Shown one piece after another: positions 55,267-64,000 of a stretch of DNA of 64,000 nt (position 1 is the stretch's first letter; every line of letters begins with the position of its first letter). A program made the position numbers and the translations under genes. The stretch spans positions 160,001 through 224,000 of the forward strand of contig CAVVHE010000008.1 in NCBI GenBank assembly GCA_963748015.1, written 5' to 3'. The notes under the pieces were generated by a model, which was not told the origin of the DNA, did not search any database, and worked only from the letters and a program-made list of their open reading frames with translations. This stretch comes from Terriglobia bacterium (GTDB lineage: Bacteria > Acidobacteriota > Polarisedimenticolia > Polarisedimenticolales > JAIQFR01).

Positions 55267-57300
55267 TCACCAGCGAGCGAGCTCGCGGACGGCGTTCGTG
55301 ACGTCTTCCTGCGAGGGAAGGATAGCCGCCTCGAGGGACGGAGCGTAGGGCGGGAAGCAGTCCTTCGCGGCGACGCGCCGGACGGGGGCGTCGAGGTCGG
55401 CGAAGCAGCGGTCGGCGATCCGCGCCGCGATCTCGCCCCCGAATCCGCCGGTGAGGTTCGCCTCGTGGACCACGATGGCCTTCCCGGTCTTGCGGACCGA
55501 CGCGAACACGGCCTCCTCGTCGAGCGGGACCAGCGTGCGGAGGTCGATCACCTCCACGGAGAACCCGTCCTTCTCGAGCTCCGCCGCGGCCCGCTCGCAG
55601 CGGACGACGCCGCTGCCCCAGGTGATCGCGGTGAGATCGGTTCCGGGGCGCGCGATCCTGGCCTTGCCGAACGGGAGGAGCCACTCGGGGTCCGGCTCCG
55701 GCGACTTCGAGAACACCTGCCGGTAGAGCCCCTTGTGCTCGAAGAAGATCACCGGGTCCTCCATGCGGCACGCGGTCTTGATCAGCCCCTTGGCGTCGGC
55801 CGCGTTCGAGGGATACGCCACGTACCACCCCGGGGTGTGCGCGTAGAGGGCCTCGGGGCTCTGGCTGTGGAACGGCCCGCCGCGGATGTAGCCGCCCGTG
55901 GCCATGCGCACGACGACCGGGGCGGACCAGGCCCCGCCGCTCCGCCAGCGCAGCGTCGAGATCTCGTTCCGGATCTGCATGTAGGCAGGATAGGAGTAGT
56001 CGGAGAACTGGATCTCGACGACCGGCTTGTAGCCGCCGATCGCCATCCCCTGAGCGACGCCGACGATCGACGCCTCGGCGAGAGGGGAGTTCTCCACGCG
56101 CTTCGGGAAGGCGTCGGTGAGGCCGCGGGTGACGCCGAAGACCCCTCCCTTCGGGTCCTGCACGTCCTCGCCCCACATCACCAGCCTCGGGTTCCGCTCC
56201 ATCTCCTCGCGGAGGCCGTGGTTGATGGCGTCCACCATCGTGACCGGGTCCTTCGAGACCGGCGTCGGCGCGCGGTCGGGGGCCGCGGGGAAGCGGCCGG
56301 AGAAGATGTGAAGAGCGGCCGTCGCGGGATCGGGGGCCGCCGCGGCGTCGGCCTCCTCGGCGGCGGCGTCCACCTCGGCCTTCACCTCCTCGTGGAGCTG
56401 CCGGATCCGGTCCTCGGTGATGAGCCCCCAGGAGAGGAGCCGGCCCGCGGTGTAGGTCATCGGGTCGTCGTGCCGCATGTTCTCGAGCTCGTCCTCGTTC
56501 CGGTACTTCGCCTGGTCGTCCGAGGAGGAATGGGAGTCGAGCCGGATCGCGTGCGCCTCGACGAGCAGCGGACCGCCCCCCTTGCGCATCGCGGCGATCA
56601 GCGGCTTCACCTCGAGGTACATGTCCGTGAACCGCGTGCCGTCCACCTCGAGGCCGTGGACCGGGAATCCCTCCGCGATCTGGTGGATGTGCCCGCCTGT
56701 CTGCTGCGCCTGCGGCACGCTGATCGCGTAGCCGTTGTTCTGGATCACGAAGAGAACCGGCAGCTTCTCGCGGCCGGCGTAGTTGAGCGCCTCGAAGAAC
56801 TCTCCCTCGGAGGTCGCCCCCTCGCCCGACGAAACGTAGACCACCTCGCCGCCGCCGTCCGCCTTGATCGCCTTCGCCATGCCGACCGCCGCGAGGTACT
56901 GGGTTCCGGTGCAGGCCGTCGGGGAGACGACGCGGAGGGCGGGGCTCGAGAAGTGCTCGCTCATGTTCCGGCCGCCCCCCGACGGGTCGTCGGCCTTGGA
57001 GAGCATGTGCAGGAAGATGTCCCGGAGGGGCATGCCGAGGCCGATCATCAACCCCTTCTCCCGGTAGTAGGGGAACACCCAGTCCTTCCCGGGCGCGAGG
57101 AGCATGGACATCGCGATCTGGATCTTCTCGTGCCCGCGGCAGGAAGCGTGGAACGAGACCTTCCCCGCCCGCACGAAGAGCTTGCACCGCTCCTCGAGGT
57201 AGTAGACCGCGAGCATCTTCCGGAAGAGGTCGAGGTAGATCTCCTTCGCCACCCCCGGCTTCCGCCCCTTCGCCGGCGCCGCCGCTTTCCTGGTCGTCAT
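55267..57300 (-). CDS. 2-oxoacid dehydrogenase E1, fused alpha/beta
   Basis: GEGATSEG...NN ThDP motif, HSSSDD, GGVFGVT, FHSQSPE, IDLRTL. Confidence 0.93.
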   Translation of the reverse strand: MTTRKAAAPAKGRKPGVAKEIYLDLFRKMLAVYYLEERCKLFVRAGKVSFHASCRGHEKIQIAMSMLLAPGKDWVFPYYREKGLMIGLGMPLRDIFLHMLSKADDPSGGGRNMSEHFSSPALRVVSPTACTGTQYLAAVGMAKAIKADGGGEVVYVSSGEGATSEGEFFEALNYAGREKLPVLFVIQNNGYAISVPQAQQTGGHIHQIAEGFPVHGLEVDGTRFTDMYLEVKPLIAAMRKGGGPLLVEAHAIRLDSHSSSDDQAKYRNEDELENMRHDDPMTYTAGRLLSWGLITEDRIRQLHEEVKAEVDAAAEEADAAAAPDPATAALHIFSGRFPAAPDRAPTPVSKDPVTMVDAINHGLREEMERNPRLVMWGEDVQDPKGGVFGVTRGLTDAFPKRVENSPLAEASIVGVAQGMAIGGYKPVVEIQFSDYSYPAYMQIRNEISTLRWRSGGAWSAPVVVRMATGGYIRGGPFHSQSPEALYAHTPGWYVAYPSNAADAKGLIKTACRMEDPVIFFEHKGLYRQVFSKSPEPDPEWLLPFGKARIARPGTDLTAITWGSGVVRCERAAAELEKDGFSVEVIDLRTLVPLDEEAVFASVRKTGKAIVVHEANLTGGFGGEIAARIADRCFADLDAPVRRVAAKDCFPPYAPSLEAAILPSQEDVTNAVRELARW

Positions 57301-57430
57301 GGCACCTCTCCCCGCTGAAAAGGGACACAGTTTGACCGATTTACCCCCCCGCGGCAATACGGGTTGCCGCGTGCGCATGGCGCGTGCGAGACTTACGTTT
57401 TCGGCCTGCGAATCGCGAGGAGGTCCACCC

Positions 57431-58393
57431 GTGAGCAACGGCGCCAATGTTCCGATCGTTCTCGTCGCGATGGGCGGTCACGCGTTCATGCAGAAGGGAG
57501 AGAAGGGGACGATCGAGGACCACGAGCGGAACGCCGAGAGGATCGCCAGCCTGCTCATGACGCTGGTGGACCGGGGCTATCACCTGGTCATCACCCACGG
57601 GAACGGTCCTCAGGTCGGGAACCTCCTGATCCAGCACGAGATGGCGAAGGACGAAGTCCCGCCGATGCCCCTCGACGTGCTGGTCGCGATGACCGAGGGG
57701 AGTCTCGGCTACATCCTTCAGCAGTCGCTTCTGAACCAGCTACGGAACAAGCAGCTGCGGCGGTACGTCGTCACCGTGGTGACGCAGGTTCTCGTGGACG
57801 AGAACGACCCGGCTTTCCAGGATCCCTCGAAGCCGATCGGTCCCTTCTTGAGCAAGGAGGAGGCGGAGCGGCGGCGCGACGCGCTGGGTTGGCGGATCCG
57901 CGAGGACTCCGGCCGCGGGTGGCGGCGGCTCGTTCCTTCGCCCCGTCCCCTCAAGGTCATCCAGCGGCACATGATCCGCGACACGGCCCGTGCCGGTCAC
58001 ATCGTGGTCGCTTGCGGCGGCGGCGGCATCCCGATCAAGAAGGAGGCCAGCGGTCAGTACGGCGGGATCGAGGCCGTGATCGACAAGGATCTCACGTCGA
58101 GCGTGCTGGCGACGGACATCGGCGCGGCGCTGCTGGTGATCCTGACCGCCGTACCGCAGGTGTACGTGAATTTCGGCAAGCCCGATCAGCAGGCGCTCGG
58201 GGCCGTCACCCTCGAGGAGCTGGAGCGGCTCCAGGCCGAAGGGCACTTCCCCCCGGGGAGCATGGGCCCCAAGATCGAGGCGGTGATGCACTATCTCCGC
58301 GAAGGGGGCCGCCGCGCCCTGATCACCAACCCGGAGAGCCTCCCCCTCGCCATCGAAGGCCGAGCCGGCACCCACTTCGTCGGCAAGATCTGA
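57431..58393 (+). CDS. arcC: Carbamate kinase
   Basis: THGNGPQVG, PSKPIGPF, EAVIDKD, GSMGPKIEA. Confidence 0.95.
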   Translation: MSNGANVPIVLVAMGGHAFMQKGEKGTIEDHERNAERIASLLMTLVDRGYHLVITHGNGPQVGNLLIQHEMAKDEVPPMPLDVLVAMTEGSLGYILQQSLLNQLRNKQLRRYVVTVVTQVLVDENDPAFQDPSKPIGPFLSKEEAERRRDALGWRIREDSGRGWRRLVPSPRPLKVIQRHMIRDTARAGHIVVACGGGGIPIKKEASGQYGGIEAVIDKDLTSSVLATDIGAALLVILTAVPQVYVNFGKPDQQALGAVTLEELERLQAEGHFPPGSMGPKIEAVMHYLREGGRRALITNPESLPLAIEGRAGTHFVGKI

Positions 58394-58473
58394 TTCCCGC
58401 CGGCGCGAGCCGGCGGCGTCGCAGCGCGAAAGCTGTTACGCTGGTCACGTCTGACCCCAAGTGGAGGCGGCCC

Positions 58474-60282
58474 ATACCGGAGTTGCAAGGTAACTTGCTC
58501 GGGCTTTCGCCCGCCGAGAAGCATCGTCTCGAGCGACTCTTCCGGCGGCGCGTCCCGCCGCGTTCGATCGTGACGCACGAGCTCGCACGGGAGCTGGCGG
58601 AGATCAGCGCGGGGCTCAACCGGCGGGTGGGATTGCTCGTGGATCGCGCCGGGCGGGTGGACGCGGTCGCGGTGGGCGACGCCTCGCGGATCGGAGTGCC
58701 CCGCCAGCCGAGCGCCCCCGCCGGCCGCGACCGGTTCTGCACGCTCCGGTTCCTCGCGACGCGGCTCGACGACGGGCCGCTCTCCGCGGCCGAGTTAGCA
58801 CCGCTCGCGCTCCATCGACTCGACGCCCTCGCGGTCATCGACGTCGAGGAGGGCGGTCACCCGGGGCGCGTCCAGGTCGCGCACCTCCTCCCCGCCGAGG
58901 AGCGGCAGGCCCGGGCCCCCGAGGAGCCGGCGGAGCGTCCGATCCCGCTGCCTCCGGGCGCGGTCGTCCCCGGCCGCAGAGGCGAGCGGCGCGCGGCGCG
59001 TACCGAAGCGCGGGACGTCGTCGCGGACGGCGAGCGCTACCGGTTGCTCCCGCCCCGCGACGCGAGTCTCGTGGACGACGACTTCCTCGCCCTGATCCGG
59101 GCCCTCGAGGAGGAGTTCGAGCGACGCCGCACGCGCACGCGGGCCGCCGGCCGGGAGGGGCGCGCGATCCTCGTCCACGTGACGACGCGCAGCCGGGCCG
59201 GCGCCGAGACCTCCATCGCCGAGCTCGAGGAGCTCGCGGCATCGAGCGACCTCGCGGTCGTGGACCGGATCGTCCAGCGCCGCCAGTCCTACGATCCCCG
59301 GACGCTCATGGGGGCCGGCCGGCTCGAGGATCTGATCATCCGCGCGCTGAGGCTGCAGGCCGACTTCATCGTGGTGGACCAGGACCTGAGCCCGGCCCAG
59401 GGGCGCGCGATCGCCGAGGCGACCGACCTCAAGGTCGTCGACCGCACGCAGCTCATCCTCGACATCTTCGCCCGCCGGGCCCGCACCCGCGAGGGGAAGG
59501 TCCAGGTCGAGCTCGCCCAGCTGAAGTACCTGCTGCCGCGGCTGATGAGCCGCGGCGACTCCGGGCTCTCCCGTCTCATGGGGGGCATCGGCGGCCGCGG
59601 GCCGGGCGAGCAGAAGCTCGAGGTCGACCGCCGCCGCGTGCGCGACCGGATCCGCAGTCTCGAGAAGATGATCGACGCCGAGCGCACGCGCCGCCAGCAG
59701 CGCCGCTCGCGCCGCCGCGAGAGGGACGTCCCCGTGATCTCGCTGGTCGGCTACACCAACGCCGGGAAGAGCACGCTGCTGAACCTGCTGACGCGGAGCG
59801 AGGTCTTCGTCGAGAGCCGGATGTTCGCGACCCTCGATCCGTCGAGCCGCCGCCTGAGACTTCCGCGCGAGCGCGAGGTGGTGATCAACGACACCGTGGG
59901 GTTCATCCGCGACCTGCCGAAGGACCTGCTCGCGGCGTTCGGCGCGACCCTCGAGGAGATCTCCGACTCCGATCTCCTCGTGCACCTCGTGGACGCGGCG
60001 CACCCGGGACACGAGGCTCAGATCGTCGCGGTGGAGGGCATCCTCAAGCAACTCGGCTACGCTGATATCCCGCGCCTGCTGGTCTTCAACAAGGTGGACA
60101 TGCTCGACGACCAGCAGCGCGCCGAGAGGCTCGCCGGCCGCGACGCGATCGCGATCTCCGCGGCCAAGGGGCTCTGCATCGAGGAGCTGCTCCGCCGAAT
60201 CGGCGACGCGCTGCGGCTCCGCCGGCGCCTGGCGGCTTCGACGGAGGGACGCTCTCCGAAGCCCCGTTCCGCCGGCGGGTAG
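58474..60282 (+). CDS. hflX: GTPase HflX (long N-terminal form), probable non-canonical ATA start
   Basis: DRTQLILDIFA, GPGEQKLE, GYTNAGKST, DTVGFI, NKVD. GGAGG 6 nt before the in-frame ATA. Confidence 0.9.
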   Translation: MPELQGNLLGLSPAEKHRLERLFRRRVPPRSIVTHELARELAEISAGLNRRVGLLVDRAGRVDAVAVGDASRIGVPRQPSAPAGRDRFCTLRFLATRLDDGPLSAAELAPLALHRLDALAVIDVEEGGHPGRVQVAHLLPAEERQARAPEEPAERPIPLPPGAVVPGRRGERRAARTEARDVVADGERYRLLPPRDASLVDDDFLALIRALEEEFERRRTRTRAAGREGRAILVHVTTRSRAGAETSIAELEELAASSDLAVVDRIVQRRQSYDPRTLMGAGRLEDLIIRALRLQADFIVVDQDLSPAQGRAIAEATDLKVVDRTQLILDIFARRARTREGKVQVELAQLKYLLPRLMSRGDSGLSRLMGGIGGRGPGEQKLEVDRRRVRDRIRSLEKMIDAERTRRQQRRSRRRERDVPVISLVGYTNAGKSTLLNLLTRSEVFVESRMFATLDPSSRRLRLPREREVVINDTVGFIRDLPKDLLAAFGATLEEISDSDLLVHLVDAAHPGHEAQIVAVEGILKQLGYADIPRLLVFNKVDMLDDQQRAERLAGRDAIAISAAKGLCIEELLRRIGDALRLRRRLAASTEGRSPKPRSAGG

Positions 60283-60375
60283 CGAGCCGAGGCGGGCCGG
60301 GAGCCCGCATCACGTCTCGATTCGCGCAGGCCTTTCGCGAGGCGGGGACCCGCCCACCCTTCCACACCTTCGACC

Positions 60376-60468
60376 AACCAATTCGGTAGGCCAATGCACA
60401 CTTGTCCCGTAGAAAGCCCTTGACAACCTCCAGAAACCAATTAAAATGGACCAGTGGACTAGGCCAAT
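60376..60468 (+). promoter_or_regulatory. sigma70 promoter with repeated operator motifs upstream of the MocR regulator
   Basis: TTGACA(60420)-N16-TAAAAT(60442). AACCAATT twice and TAGGCCAAT twice. Confidence 0.65.
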
Positions 60469-60485
60469 AAGTCGAGGCGGCGACG

Positions 60486-61997
60486 ATGTTCCCAGGGCTG
60501 AAGATCGACCACGACAGCGATGTGCCGGTCTACCGGCAAATCGTCGAGCGGGTCCGATCGGCGCTCGCCGACGGTCGTCTCGCGGCGGGTAGCAAGCTCC
60601 CGCCGACGCGGGAGCTCGCGCGCCACCTCGGCGTGAACAGGAACACCGTCGTCGCGGCCTACGAGGAGCTCGCCGCGGAGGGGCTGGTCACGAGCCACAC
60701 CGGTCGAGGGACGTTCGCTCTCGAGCCCGCGATCGAGGCGGGCCCCGCCGGCGCGGGCGGGGCGTGGCTGACCTCCTTCTCGCGAGCGGTCGAGGGGCCG
60801 GGAGTCGCCGGCCTGCTCTCGATCTTCCGGGTCGCGATGGCGTCCGACGGGATCTCGTTCGCGGGCTCCTACCCCGCGGCCGAGCTGATGCCGGTGGAGC
60901 GGTTCCGCGCGGCGATGGACGCGGTCCTCCTGCGGAACGGCGCCGAGATCCTCTCCTACGGGCCGACCTCCGGCTATCTCCCGCTGCGCGAGGCGATCGC
61001 CGAGGACATGCGGCGCAAGGGATCGCCGGTCGCCGCCGAGGGGATCCTGATCACGAACGGGTCGCAGCAGGCGGTGGACCTGGTCTTCCGCACGCTCCTG
61101 GACCGCGGCGACCCGGTGGTGCTCGAGGAGCCGACGTACACCGGAGCGCTCAGCGCCCTGAGCTCCCTCGGGGCGAGGCTCGTCGGCGTGCCCGTGGACG
61201 ACGAGGGGATCCGGCCGGACCTCCTCGCGATCGCGCTCGAAAGGCACCGGCCGCGCGTCCTCTACGTCCAGCCGACCTTCCACAACCCGACCACGCGCGT
61301 GATGGGCGAGGCGCGGCGCCTCGAGGTCCTCTCTCTCGCGGCGCGCCACGGCTGCGCCGTGGTCGAGGACGACTGGGCCAGCGACCTCCGGTTCGAGGGG
61401 TCCGACCTGCCGACGCTGCACGCCCTCGACGGCGGGCGGCGCGTCATCTACCTCAGCACGTTCTCGAAGAAGCTGCTCCCGGGGCTCCGCGTCGGCTGGA
61501 TGGCCGCGCCGCCCGCGGTGCTGGACCGCCTCATCGCCTTGAAGCAGATCGAAGACCACGGCTCGAGCCCGCTGCTCCAGGCGGCGCTCCACGAGTTCCT
61601 GGCCGACGGCGGCCTCCGCGAGCATCTCGATCGCGTCCGCCCGGCGTACCGCGATCGCCGGGACATCATGCTCGGCGCCATGAGGCGCCACTTCCCGGAC
61701 GGCGTGGCCTGGACGAGGCCCGAGGGCGGGCTCTTCCTCTGGGTGACGCTGCCGGGTGGGATCGACAGCGCCGACCTGTTCGTGGCCGCCCGGGAGCGGC
61801 AGGTTCTGATCAGCCGCGGGGAGCTGTTCCACTCCGACGGCTCGGGCTCCGACACGCTGCGCCTGACCTATGCCTCGGTCCGTCCGGCGCAGATCGAGAG
61901 CGGCATCGCCGCCCTCGGAGAGCTGATCCGCGAGCGGCTCGCCGGAAGGACGGCGGGGGCCGCCCGCCGCGTGGACGAGGCGGTACCGATTCTCTAG
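60486..61997 (+). CDS. MocR/GabR family PLP-dependent transcriptional regulator
   Basis: GntR wHTH (LPPTRELA, VNRNTV) plus aminotransferase domain (TFSKKLLPGLRVGW). Confidence 0.93.
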   Translation: MFPGLKIDHDSDVPVYRQIVERVRSALADGRLAAGSKLPPTRELARHLGVNRNTVVAAYEELAAEGLVTSHTGRGTFALEPAIEAGPAGAGGAWLTSFSRAVEGPGVAGLLSIFRVAMASDGISFAGSYPAAELMPVERFRAAMDAVLLRNGAEILSYGPTSGYLPLREAIAEDMRRKGSPVAAEGILITNGSQQAVDLVFRTLLDRGDPVVLEEPTYTGALSALSSLGARLVGVPVDDEGIRPDLLAIALERHRPRVLYVQPTFHNPTTRVMGEARRLEVLSLAARHGCAVVEDDWASDLRFEGSDLPTLHALDGGRRVIYLSTFSKKLLPGLRVGWMAAPPAVLDRLIALKQIEDHGSSPLLQAALHEFLADGGLREHLDRVRPAYRDRRDIMLGAMRRHFPDGVAWTRPEGGLFLWVTLPGGIDSADLFVAARERQVLISRGELFHSDGSGSDTLRLTYASVRPAQIESGIAALGELIRERLAGRTAGAARRVDEAVPIL

Positions 61998-62018
61998 GAG
62001 AAGAGGGCGAGGTTTGCC

Positions 62019-62909
62019 ATGAGCGAGATCGATAAGGGAACGCAGAGGCTCAAGACGGGATTGGCCGAGATGCTCAAGGGGGGCGTCATCATGGACGTCA
62101 CCGACGACGCCCAGGCCAAGATCGCCGAGGACGCCGGCGCCACCGCCGTGATGGCCCTCGAGCGCGTGCCGTCGGACATCCGCAAGCAGGGGGGGGTCGC
62201 GCGCATGTCCGACCCGGACATGATCGAGAAGATCATGGAGGCCGTGTCCATCCCGGTCATGGCCAAGTGCCGGATCGGCCATTTCGCCGAGGCGCAGGTG
62301 CTCGAGGCGCTCGGTGTCGACTACATCGACGAGAGCGAGGTGCTCACCCCGGCCGACGAGGAGCACCACGTGGACAAGTTCGCGTTCAAGATCCCGTTCG
62401 TGTGCGGTTGCCGCGAGCTCGGCGAGGCGCTCCGCCGGATCGGCGAGGGAGCGGCGCTGCTCCGCACGAAGGGGGAGGCCGGCACCGGGAACATCGTCGA
62501 GGCGGTGCGGCACATGCGGGCGGTCGTCTCCGGGATCCGCCGCCTCACGGTCCTCGGGCCGGAGGAGCTGATGGCCGAGGCGAAGAAGCTCGGCGCGCCG
62601 TTCGAGCTGGTCCGCATGGTCGCGGCCGACGGCAAGCTCCCCGTGCCCAACTTCGCGGCCGGCGGCATCGCGACGCCGGCGGACGCGGCGCTCATGATGC
62701 AGCTCGGCGCCGAGGCGGTGTTCGTCGGCTCCGGTATCTTCAAGTCGTCGGACCCCGCGAAGCGCGCGAAGGCGATCGTGCGCGCGACGACGCACTACCG
62801 CGATCCACGGGCCGTCGCGGAGGTCTCCCGGGGTCTCGGCGACGCGATGCCGGGGATCGAGACGTCGAAGCTGCCCGAGTCCGAGCTGCTGCAGACCCGA
62901 GGCTGGTGA
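62019..62909 (+). CDS. pdxS: Pyridoxal 5'-phosphate synthase lyase subunit
   Basis: [32 protein letters not shown]. Confidence 0.97.
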   Translation: MSEIDKGTQRLKTGLAEMLKGGVIMDVTDDAQAKIAEDAGATAVMALERVPSDIRKQGGVARMSDPDMIEKIMEAVSIPVMAKCRIGHFAEAQVLEALGVDYIDESEVLTPADEEHHVDKFAFKIPFVCGCRELGEALRRIGEGAALLRTKGEAGTGNIVEAVRHMRAVVSGIRRLTVLGPEELMAEAKKLGAPFELVRMVAADGKLPVPNFAAGGIATPADAALMMQLGAEAVFVGSGIFKSSDPAKRAKAIVRATTHYRDPRAVAEVSRGLGDAMPGIETSKLPESELLQTRGW

Positions 62910-63532
62910 TGATTCGCGTCGGAGTGCTCGCCCTGCAGGGGGATTTCGGGGCGCATGCCAGGGCGATCGAGCGCCTCGGCGCCGCCGTCGCCCTAGTCCG
63001 CAGGTGCGCGGAGCTCGCGGGGCTCGACGGCCTGGTCCTGCCCGGCGGCGAGAGCACGACGCTGCTCAACCTGATGCAGGACGAGCCGTGGTTCGAGGCG
63101 GTCGAGCGGTTCCATCGCGAGGGAGGCGCGCTCCTGGGGACCTGCGCCGGAGCGATCCTGCTGTCGCGCCGGGTGCTGAATCCCGCGCAGCCTAGCTTAG
63201 GCCTGCTCGACGCCGTCGTGGAGCGGAACGGTTGGGGCCGCCAGGCGGACTCGTTCGAGACCCGTCTCGAGGCCCCCGAGCTCGGCGGGCCCATCGAGGC
63301 GGTGTTCATCCGCGCTCCGCGCTTCAAATCGCTGGGACGGAAGGTGACGGTCCTGGCGCGCATCCGCCGGGAGCCGGTCCTGGTCCGCCAGGGCCGCATC
63401 CTCGCGGCGACGTTTCATCCCGAGTTGACCGGCGACGGCCGCCTCCACCGGCACTTCCTGGAGCTGGCGGAGGAGGCGCGCGCGGCCATCGACGCGAACG
63501 ACGAGGAGCGGTCGAAGGCGGTCGCTTCCTGA
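62909..63532 (+). CDS. pdxT: Pyridoxal 5'-phosphate synthase glutaminase subunit
   Basis: GVLALQGDF, PGGESTT, GTCAG, FHPEL. Confidence 0.96.
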   Translation: MIRVGVLALQGDFGAHARAIERLGAAVALVRRCAELAGLDGLVLPGGESTTLLNLMQDEPWFEAVERFHREGGALLGTCAGAILLSRRVLNPAQPSLGLLDAVVERNGWGRQADSFETRLEAPELGGPIEAVFIRAPRFKSLGRKVTVLARIRREPVLVRQGRILAATFHPELTGDGRLHRHFLELAEEARAAIDANDEERSKAVAS

Positions 63533-63572
63533 CACGAACCGGGGCGCGGGGCGGCCCGCGACGGAGGCTCAG

Positions 63573-64000
63573 ATGAGCGTGCTGGTTTACGTTGACGGGA
63601 AGATGGTTCCGAAGGAAGAGGCCGTCGTGTCGGTGTTCGACCACGGGTTCCTCTACGGCGACGGCGTGTTCGAGGGGATCAGGGTGTACGAGGGGAACGT
63701 GTTCCGCCTCCGGGAGCACATCGACCGGCTGTACGAGTCGGCCAACACGATCGCCCTCGAGATCCCGATGACCCGCGACCAGATGATCGCGACGACGCTC
63801 GAGACCGTGGCGGTGAACCGGAAGAAGGACGCCTACATCCGTCTCGTCGTGTCGCGGGGAGCCGGCGACCTCGGGATCGACCCGGCCAAGTGCCGCCGCC
63901 CGACCGTCGTGATCATCGCCGACACGATCTCCCTCTACCCGCAGGAGCTGTACGACAACGGCGCCACGCTCGTCACCGCCAGCGTGCGTCGGATCCCAAT
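63573..64000 (+). CDS. ilvE: Branched-chain amino acid aminotransferase (3' truncated)
   Basis: Manual translation: MSVLVYVDGKMVPKEEAVVSVFDHGFLYGDGVFEGIRVY... Confidence 0.93.
   Translation, partial: MSVLVYVDGKMVPKEEAVVSVFDHGFLYGDGVFEGIRVYEGNVFRLREHIDRLYESANTIALEIPMTRDQMIATTLETVAVNRKKDAYIRLVVSRGAGDLGIDPAKCRRPTVVIIADTISLYPQELYDNGATLVTASVRRIP

Noticed and set aside
57431..58393. Arginine deiminase operon
   Set aside because: Only carbamate kinase is present; arcA, arcB and arcD are not in the window.

Overview
High-GC bacterial chromosomal window, mostly housekeeping and metabolic genes. Several features suggest Acidobacteriota (inference): Ser/Thr kinase plus TolB-propeller proteins, a VWFA-related protein, TonB and a PP2C sensor. 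Recognisable genes are nth, an AspT/YidE transporter, nfeD-flotillin, tonB, glk-tkt (five frameshifts, probably assembly errors), OmpA with TSP3 repeats, acs, gnd-zwf-opcA, cdsA/plsC-like lipid genes, a complete group 3b [NiFe] sulfhydrogenase operon, zinc-ribbon/rnhA/yggS/divIVA/hutI, rocD, an MMPL transporter, DUF47-pit, an aromatic amino-acid decarboxylase, a fused 2-oxoacid dehydrogenase E1, arcC, hflX and MocR-pdxS-pdxT-ilvE. I saw no rRNA, tRNA, CRISPR array, integrase or transposase. The most interesting signals are non-coding: (i) two copies of a ~200-nt rod-like palindromic element that differ by compensatory changes, plus related palindromic elements, two of them inserted in frame in genes; (ii) a promoter, structured leader and terminator upstream of the zinc-ribbon/RNase H operon; (iii) an exact 40-bp direct repeat bracketing a lower-GC VWFA gene; (iv) a likely AUA start for hflX. 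All calls were made by eye, without database searches.
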